Assembly: GCA_001642005.1 (NCBI GenBank) | Contig: LWCA01000183.1 | Span: 1-43,340, forward strand | Direction: 5' to 3' | Source: Intoshia linei | Lineage: Eukaryota > Animalia > Orthonectida | Length of the DNA stretch: 43,340 nt | Shown: piece by piece, positions 34,877-43,340 of the stretch | Numbering within the stretch: position 1 is the first letter of the stretch | Layout of the letters: every line of letters begins with the position of its first letter | Program-made: the position numbers and the translations under genes | Notes under the pieces: model-generated | Seen by the model: the letters and a program-made list of their open reading frames with translations, nothing else | Told to the model about the DNA's origin: nothing | Databases searched by the model: none

Positions 34877-37800
34877 TCATTGTCGATTGGTATAATTTCG
34901 TTCCTAAAATAATATTAAATTATAAATCAGCAATGTAAAATACATTTCCAACAATGGCATCATGATGGATCATTTGTGCTCGCATATTCCATCGTAGGAC
35001 TTTATGTTGTGTGTCAACCGGGATTTTTTGTGATTTCCATAAGGTTTTGTAAGCGTGATATAGACTTACAGGGTCGCTTTTTTTATAGGTGGTTTGGTTG
35101 CACTTCAATACAGAAGTTTTTTTATTACGTGATAAATCTAATCTTCTAACACATGTAGTGCACGGTAGACTTCTTTTCGTGTTTTGTGATTTTTTAAGAT
35201 TTCTGCTTAAGTTGTCTAAACGTAATTCCAATTCTCCAAGTTCAACTAGATAAATATACTATTAATTCACTGACTAAGACAAAACTATTGATAAACAAAT
35301 TTGTCAATAAATATTTTATACGATTCGACAAATCTATTGTAAAAATGTGATAATACAGTATAACCTTATAAGAATAAACCTAGAGGTATAAATATACGAT
35401 AATGATTCATCATTATTCGTTAACGTGTGCTCATTTATGTATAAAAACGGCAATTTATACACGCTTGTCAGTGTATGTTATAAAAAAACCTAGATAAACT
35501 GTATAAGTTATGATTCATAACTATTTAAAATTGACGTTTTATACAGGAAAACAAATTTTATTTTGATGGCCAGTGAGAATGAATAAAATAAAATTCCGCA
35601 TAGCAGTTGTATAAAATATGTAAAAAAATGATTTGGCATCAGGTTTTCGTCAACACTCAAAACACAATATAAAACGTGGCTTAAAATTAATGTATAATGT
35701 AAATTTATAGACAAAAATATCTTAAATTACATAATTCGTAACACAATCATATTTTTTAATAAGCTCATATGGCAATTTAACCCATATCAACCAATTGAAA
35801 TATTTTTTTACTTCAACAAATACATTTTATGTATTTAATGTAAACCTATGACCCATATAAGAATAAAGACAAATATGGATAATATCCATTGGATATACAC
35901 TTCCAAGTGCCTAAAACCATTTTTGTTTTTTTAAAAATGGAAAAATAGAAATAGCTAACAATACACCCTAAAATTTTATAAAAATTTTATTTGTTAATTA
36001 ATATTCCTTACTGATATTATTGCTCATTTAAACCAATTGAATTTTAATCAACAGAGTAAATAATAACATATTTCAACTAGTTGAAGTATGGTCACTAGGG
36101 GTACTTTTTTTTGAAATTTTATGGTGCAGGGACGGATAAAGTAGCATATGACAGTTTTATGGATACACTGAAAAAAATGCTTTTGGAGAATTTTTTGGGG
36201 AGAACTTGCCATTTTAACAATTTCATAGAAAAATGTTCTACAAAAACTAAAATATAAGATGATTTTTTGTATTGCCATTTTTGATTAATAACACCACCTT
36301 TTCCGATCATGCACTTAATTTTTAAAATTTTATCACACCCCTAATAGTCACAGGTCACATTTAATAATTTCGTCTTAAATTTAAATTATAAATGTTCTTA
36401 TACATACATTCAATGACTTATACACATTGAAATGTGACTCTGTTGATTGCAAACATGACTATATGAATTAGGCCCTAATAATTAGGGTGTAAGTCAAATT
36501 TTTATATCAAAAGTACACCCACTCACATTATAAAAATTTTTTGTCTCCAATTTGCACCTAATATTGCTTTATAACTCTTTAAAAACCATGGGGCTATGCC
36601 TTTAAAGTTTTGAATAAAATATGGTTCATCGTATCTAACATTTACACATTATTTTTTTAAATTTACAAATTTGAGATCCAATTTACCAAGCCTGGTTTAG
36701 GGTGTTCATTATATTGCGATTTTAAACGGGTTTGTAACAACAAAAAAATGTATTTTTTTTGTTTTGAAAATTTAACTTAGCCGTATTATAAACTTGACAA
36801 ACCATACTTTTATTTGTTATTTCCAATTCTGTTCATCTCTGTTGTGAATTTAAAAAAATTAGAAATGAAACTGTCAGACCTGGCCGTTAATTATACAAAA
36901 TTTGAAGTGCTCGGTCCCAACGTTTTTTTAATTGTGTAATTTCGACCGGTTACTTAACGTGTGTGTACTTTTGCATTTTCGAAAAAAAATGCAAAAACCC
37001 AAATATGGATAGAGAACATATACTTTATATGCAGTAGCTAGAAAATATAGATCCAATGAGAAAATGCTAAAAAATTTCAAATTTTATCACACGTAGTGTT
37101 TAAACTTTAAACTATATTAATGACAAATGACGCTTCTCATTTTGATTCATGCAGTGCAATAATAATAGTAGAAACAGAAAAATAAAATTTTCGTATTTTT
37201 GTAGAAAAATTCATCAAATTGATCTAGTATTAATCGAACAAGATTTACTTTGATTTTATTAAACTTGAATAAAATAAAAAAAATTCTTTAAACAGTGGTA
37301 CAATTTGTTAAGTCTAGTATTATATCAGGTGGTCATAGTTGTTTATAATTAAAAATTATGATGTAAATATTTTTTGTGTGTAAACAAACAAATAAATTGA
37401 GATAATTACAGTTATTAGCAGATGTTTTGCTAAATGCCCTATACATTATAGAGTGGTTGTTATATAGAGCAGACGGGTTAATACAATAATACAATGTATT
37501 TGACGTTAAACGTAAAAAAAGTAAATCATAATTTTGATTTACTGCATTCTAACATTTATATCTGGTATATTTTCTGGATGGATTAAAAATGGCAACATTA
37601 TGAAAAAAATATACCCATTCATTAGTTATTTCATATTAAGTATTATATTTTAAAATAATCTCAATTTTACTTCATTTCATACTTATATCATTATCTTTAT
37701 ACAGCAAAACAGTAATTAATTTAAGTTTATGTAAAGTGGCCAGAAAAATACGTAATATCACTTTTAGTTTATTTGGAATACATTTTAAATAGTGTGTCCA

Positions 37801-39405
37801 TAAGTCAAAATGTCAAAAATAAGCACTCATAAATACCATAGATAATTTTAGTCAATATTTTACTTGTAATTTTTCACATTCTTAATAAAGTGAAGTTTTA
37901 ATAAATTTATATTTTATAAAAACACTTTATATATCGTTTAATTTGGATCACTTCAAATTTATTAATTAATAAAAATTAGATATTTTTTAATTATTCCAAA
38001 AAAAATTATAATTGTTAAGAGAGTTTATTAATTTATTAAGTCAATAGTGTACTAGTAGAAACTTATATATCAAACATTATATTTCATGTAGAAAATAAAT
38101 TAACATAATATATTCATTCTAGAGTGAAGTGAGTTTAACGATAGTTGCTCTATCGTTACTCTTTCAATTCAAATTTTATTTTTCTTTTGGTTTCTAAGAC
38201 ATTTCAAACAGTACTTAATTAGTACTTATAAAATCTGGACACTTTATTTTAAACGAAAATTTTTATTCGTCATCATGGATAAGTAGTTTTGGCTTCACAT
38301 TTAACACCAAATAAACTAAAATTATAGTACGTAATACGTACTACGTATTTTTTCTGGCTACTTTAGCTTAAGTAACTATACTTAAAAAATAACGTTAGGA
38401 TGATCCAATCGACTTTAATATTAAGGTTTCCCATTAGTGACTAGCCAGATAAAAAAGAAATAAATTACTCGTATCTCCTTTACAACTCAATAATAACTCG
38501 TCACAAACCAAACGACGACCTGTATTTTTATCAGTTCTATAAACCTTTCTTTTAATAGTTGAAGATGTGGTGTTTAGATCATTTAAAATTAAAGTTTCCT
38601 AAATATGTATTAAAAAAAGAATTATAATACTCACCATTGATGAAGAATTCACTCTGGAAGCTTCTAATTAAAATATTATGAAATGTTAATAATATCAGTA
38701 CTTGTAATAGTGCTTTTAGTAGATGTTGCATCATTCATATAGGTACTTGTTTGTTCTTCACTCATTGTTTCTAAAATTAAATTAGATTATTAATTTAACC
38801 TACCAATGTTTCTCAAGTTGGCAATCCCAACATGATGACATAAAATTATACAGGTGTGATAAAACATTTTGATAATCTTAGAAAAATTTTTGACATGAGG
38901 CTTATATTGGTTAAAGTATTATCCCCTTTGAATCTTTCAACTGTTTCCTTCGACTGACGAGTAAATTATTACTTCAGAGGTGGAAGTGTCAATTAATATG
39001 GATCCAAAAAATTTATTATAAATTGTCGTTTTTAATAAATTGAATAACTGGATAATTACCAGTGGATTTTAATGAACAAAATTTTGTTTAATGCTAAAAC
39101 AATTCCTGAGCAGCTGACGGTTAAATAAAGTCTGCGAACCAAATTCATAAAAATTACAATTACATATAAATTATATGTATTATATGATATAATACATACA
39201 TGTAGTTGAAATTATGACGTTGATGAATAATGTCATGAAAATTACCATTTTTCCAGGTCAATTCAGAAATTTCGTTTTTAATCATATCACACATTTGCTT
39301 ATTTACATTTGTGATACCCATACTTTGAAGCTCTTTTAAAATTTCTTCATTTGTAAATTGAAATTCATTTGTACTTTCTAAGTTTTCTTTAGAAGATTCG
39401 TACAT
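34877..39405 (-). CDS. HYLS1: Centriole/basal-body protein HYLS1 homolog, ~238 aa
   Basis: Exons 39405-39246, 38770-38702, 38663-38635, 38598-38469, 35245-34944, 34903-34877, phase-consistent. C-terminal box KSDPVSLYHAYKTLWKSQKIPVDTQHKVLRWNMRAQM and central IKRKVYR..LVCDE match HYLS1 (DPVAKYFEYKRDW..LPGED.RKELRWGVREQM; KRKVLR..VTDES). Confidence 0.85.
36484..36615 (-). repeat. Terminal fragment of the 7972-8509 MITE family in HYLS1 intron 4
   Basis: TAGGGTGT..TTTTTATATCAAAAGTACACCC..CAATTTGCACC..TAAAGTTTTGAA is the reverse complement of ~8375-8509. Confidence 0.7.
37735..38362. mobile_element. TIR element, possibly Kolobok-like, in HYLS1 intron 4
   Basis: AGTGGCCAGAAAAATACGTA / TACGTATTTTTTCTGGCTACT inverted termini, plus an inner GTGTCCA/TGGACAC pair. 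Flanks GTAA / TTAG resemble decayed TTAA. Confidence 0.6.
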
Positions 39406-40487
39406 TGCTATAATTGAATAAAATATGTACGCAACTGATGTAATGTAACGCAAACTATGCAAAATTGTGTATTTTACACTATCGCAATAACATTAAACGT
39501 TATTAAATTTTTTATATTGTATCATAATGTACAAATGCATTCTCCGACACAATTGAAAATGATAGCCATGGTCGCTCATCCATATTATCTTGTGAAATAA
39601 AGTTTATATTAATTAATTAATTGTAAATACATTAATGTACAATAGGGTGTTTCACATAATGGAATCTCTCTTAGCCTTAGTAAAAATTAGTCTAGTATTA
39701 TAATTACAAAAATCATATCAGCATTAAAATTTGCAAAAATTGTGGAATTGAGTTGCGCACGACGTTTAAAGTTTTTAACTTAATACAAATTTAAACATGT
39801 ATATTATAGTTTATTTTATATAATATTTCTATAATTTATACATATTTTTCATTTAGAGTGTAAATTAAACTCAATGTAAGTTTTAAATAATTAAAGTAAA
39901 ATAAGTAGTATTAAATAACAAATACAAATAATCAATATCAAATAAAAAAATAAATCTACATTTTGATGGTCGGCGATGTAAAAATTTGTCAAATGAAGTA
40001 GTTGAGTAATTGGTTATTTACGTCCAATCCGAAGGAAATAGAAGCATTCAAATTGATGTTCATCTAAATTAATTCATTAATTTCCAATTCATTTAAAAAT
40101 CAACCACAATTTTCTGTGCTATAAAAGATACCATTGAAATGTATAGTGTAGCAAAAAATATTTACATGATTATATGCAACGTCAATACAGGGGGGAAAAT
40201 AGGGTGATAAAAATGTTAAATGAACATCCGCGCTAATTTAGCGTTAATGACATATATTTTATATATTAATAATTACTTCAAGGGCAATTTCAGTCACAAA
40301 TGGATAGATATTAAGCATACTACATTAAAAATCATAAAATATCACATTTAAAGCTATCATAGTCATATATAATATAATAATTTCCCAAAGGGCCACTAGA
40401 AATATCAAGAGACTATGTAAAAATTTTTATATTTGGGGCCAAAGTAAATTATAGGGCAAATAAAAAATTTTATATATCGAATATAAC

Positions 40488-41382
40488 GAATACATCAATT
40501 CTCTTGTAGTTTTATTTAATGACTCACAAAACAGATATTCCTCCATAATGTTATCATTTATAACATATCTTGCAAACACATCAGTAGATTCGTCCAATTC
40601 TAAACTAAATTTTTAATCCTTTTACAAAGGAATTGATTTAAGTGCCCCTTTTTGTTTTTCGCCAAGTAGAAGTTCTGCAATGTTAAGAGTACAGGGTTTG
40701 ATCAACGTTTCCGATGGTATGATGCTTTTTTGTTTAGAAAACGGGTAAACAACATGATATGATGCCTCTACAATTTTGTTACATTGTGAAGAAATGATAA
40801 ATTGTCAACTGTTTTATTTAGTTCTTTTTCGAGCGATAACTTCAACACTGTCAGTGAGGTTTGAGTGTTATATATTCTTATGATTATGTAGGAGGTTTGG
40901 CTTTATGATATTCTTGCATAAAACGCCGAAAAGTAAATGCACTGAGGTTTTTCGGTTTCATCTGCATCATTACGACAGGTAAAACCAAATTCTACGTAAT
41001 TGTTATTTCATTGTCTTCTTTTAGACATCCTTAGAAACGGTTAAAAACTCTAATATTAAAATACATAATTTGTTGACCTCAAAAAAGTTGAAAATACAAA
41101 ATTAATTTGATTATTAAATGATTGTGAATAAATTCAATAAGCGTTAATTATTAACTTAACTTAATAAGTATTAACAAGATGAAATTATGTCTTATATCTA
41201 ATCTTTTTGTTGATAATAAAAATATTAATTTAGTAATTTCACTCATTTAGAATAAAAATTAATTAATGTATTAATTAATAATTCATTTTTAACTAGTTAT
41301 TTTATTAATGTAATTAAAAAAAATTGAAAATTGCTCTGTGCACCCCAAAAATTGATTATGCACCCTTGGTTTAGAACCACTG
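40488..41382 (-). mobile_element. Truncated hAT Buster/Charlie transposon with transposase pseudogene (ZBED5/ZBED8/SCAND3-like)
   Basis: Minus-strand terminus CAGTGGTTCTAAACC at 41382, flanked by TA-centred CTTTAGAA. ATG at 41028: MSKRRQ*NNNYVEFGFTC..EKPQCI..IVEASYHVV..ETLIKPCTLNIAELLLGE..LKSIPL..KFSLELDESTDV..ARYVINDNIMEEYLFCESL, with stops, frameshifts and deletions. Confidence 0.92.
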
Positions 41383-41975
41383 CTTTAGAAAGTACTCCAC
41401 AATGTAATCATTTCATTAGTAATTATCCTCAACTATTTTATTGTCATAAAAGTAATAAATCAAAAGCACTAAACGAAGATTTAATGTTTCTGGAAAACCA
41501 AAAAAAAGTTATTGGATTTATCACTGGTCTTAACACAAATGGTTGGCTGGTATACACCTAAAAAATTTAAGAATATAAAAATTATAAATGAAGGTCAAAT
41601 GGAGAGAGAAAGTGGAGTATACGATAATATACACTTTGAATATGATTTAAATACAAATATTTATAAAGGTAAGCTAAAATATAAATATATTAAAACTTTG
41701 TCATTAAACCTATGTATCAAATTCAAATTGTCCCACAGAACCTGTCACGAAATATTAGATGATGTATTTGGATATTGTGGAATGTCAACGTCCCCAATAT
41801 AGAGAAACAAACACACCAGTTTGGAAGACATTTTAATCAATTAAAAAATTATATATATATCTACCGTCTATGTATATGTCTCCATCATTCGCCGATTCCG
41901 TTAGTCGCAAAAATTATGAATTATATTACTGTAATTCACATGTTTTGAGATATAATATATTCTAATTATTCTAAA

Positions 41976-42314
41976 CAGGGGTGTCAATTATGCGACTCGG
42001 GTGCCATTTACGGCCCCAATTAAGGAATGTGCGGCCCTCGCTATAATATTGTATTGTAATAAGTTTTTATTTTTATAACAATTTTTTACACGTATTTCTT
42101 TTTTGACAGTTTTTTCATATATTTTTCATAATTTATTTATTCATGGTAATAATTTCAACATTTGTCCATTATTATCGTTTTTATTTCATTTTATGAATTA
42201 AAATATATTATAACTGTTAGTTTTAACCTAATTTTTTGAGTAGAGATTTTTATTGTGCGGCCCGCGTAATAATTTTTTTCCCTATTTCCAACCAAATTGA
42301 GTCTGACACCCCTA
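41976..42314. mobile_element. hAT Charlie-type MITE
   Basis: TIRs CAGGGGTGTCAA / CTGACACCCCTA; internal (G)CGGCCC repeats. TSD is not conserved. Confidence 0.8.
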
Positions 42315-42416
42315 TTACTTGTTCTATCCATTATTTTTTGATATAAGTTAACTTCACGATTTAACACGTTTCAGTGTTGTTCTACATTAGTGATGGAACA
42401 ATACGACCTACTAGAT

Positions 42417-42674
42417 CAGGGTGCAAAACTTTTCCACCAATTCAGCCACATAGTTACTATACTAATTGATAATACGGTGCACAAAATTTCATTTGACATT
42501 GAGACATTTTGACAAACCCTTTTGAGAAAGTGGGAAAAGTTAAAAATATTAATTAAATTAAATTTTAAATTAAAAATCCCTTGAATTTATAGTAAATTTG
42601 TATATATTGCATTATGATCACATAGATTATCTACAGCCACATGCGGCCGTAAGGCCAAAATTTGTGCACCCCTG
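42417..42674. mobile_element. hAT Buster/Charlie-type MITE
   Basis: TIRs CAGGGTGCAAAACTTT / AAATTTGTGCACCCCTG; TSD TACTAGAT / TACTAAAT (7/8); CAGCCACAT repeated near both ends. Confidence 0.88.
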
Positions 42675-43235
42675 TACTAAATGCTGCAATAATTTTTAAT
42701 TTTTTTCCATTAGAAAAATTGACAGTACCGTGAAGATTTTTATCATGTAAATTAAATTTCCAAAAAATGTATAACATAGCTGACATTTATTTTGATAATA
42801 TAGAAAAAATACTGCGTCTTTCTATTAAATTTTTCGACAGTTTGTACTAATTGGATAATTAGTCCAGAAAAAAATCTCATTCCGTTAACAGAAATTTTTT
42901 ATTAATAATGTATAGATTAAAACAATGATTCCAGATTAAATCCAAAATTATATGCCTGGAGCAAATAAGATTCAAATAAAATATAGAAAAATTCAATTTG
43001 AACAAAACAAATTAAAGTTAATTTAATTAAATTTTATTGCACATTAATTGGATATTAATGCAGTTGGCAATACAACAATGGAGAATGCATTACAATTTGC
43101 GATTCTTTACTGGAATAAATTAAAATTTATTACAAATTATTCATAGAAACTCATATTTACAAATATTACTAAGATACATATTTTCTGCACTTTTTGAAAT
43201 AAATTTTTAATCGTACTTTTATACATTGGAATAAT

Positions 43236-43340
43236 ATGAATCATAAAGTACCAAGTAAAGCTTTTATAAAATATAACATTTTAGAATGAACAACCTAGAA
43301 AACTATTCATTGGAGGTTTAAGTCCAGAAACTACAGATGA
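43236..43340 (+). CDS. 5' end of an RRM RNA-binding protein, hnRNP A1/A2- or Musashi-like; truncated by the window edge
   Basis: ATG at 43236 (MNHK), 37-nt GT-AG intron 43248-43284, then NEQPRKLFIGGLSPETTD (RNP2; compare hnRNP A1 EQLRKLFIGGLSFETTD). Confidence 0.8.

Noticed and set aside
38131-38161. Hairpin TAACGATAG-TTGCT-CTATCGTTA as a Helitron 3' end or terminator
   Set aside because: No CTRR terminus downstream, and it lies inside the 37735-38362 TIR element.
39561-39576. RFX X-box-like ATAGCCATGGTCGC upstream of the ciliary gene HYLS1
   Set aside because: At least three mismatches at key X-box consensus positions.
1-43340. CRISPR array, prokaryotic operon/defence system or alternative genetic code
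   Set aside because: No regularly spaced repeat-spacer array. All genes are intron-containing eukaryotic genes that translate cleanly in the standard code; in-frame stops occur only in transposon remnants.

Overview
AT-rich eukaryotic (metazoan) genomic DNA with a sharp class of very short (32-43 nt, mode 36) GT-AG introns. The gene content and intron size suggest a compact animal genome such as the orthonectid Intoshia linei; this is inference, not verified. Six complete spliced genes were rebuilt by hand with consistent reading phases: Lhx1/5 LIM-homeobox (-), COQ2 (+), syntaxin-5 (-), a divergent RagC/D GTPase (+), a CREB3/CrebA-type bZIP factor (-) and HYLS1 (-). An hnRNP A1-like RRM gene starts at the right edge. 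Long introns and intergenic DNA contain many decayed DNA transposons: hAT MITEs with 8-bp TSDs, Buster and Ac-type transposase remnants, a TRT-like Tc1 with an IR/DR end, a Chapaev3-like fragment, and Kolobok/piggyBac-like MITEs. Most notable: (1) the RagC/D has lost the G3 Gly-Gln and switch-I Thr and may be a pseudo-GTPase; (2) four stop-free, frame-preserving micro-introns lie inside or next to functional domains, one of which exactly restores LIM zinc-finger spacing when spliced; (3) the CREB3 factor has no luminal domain and a terminal micro-intron decides its C-tail. No rRNA, tRNA or CRISPR features are supported. All family calls rest on remembered motifs, not on database searches.
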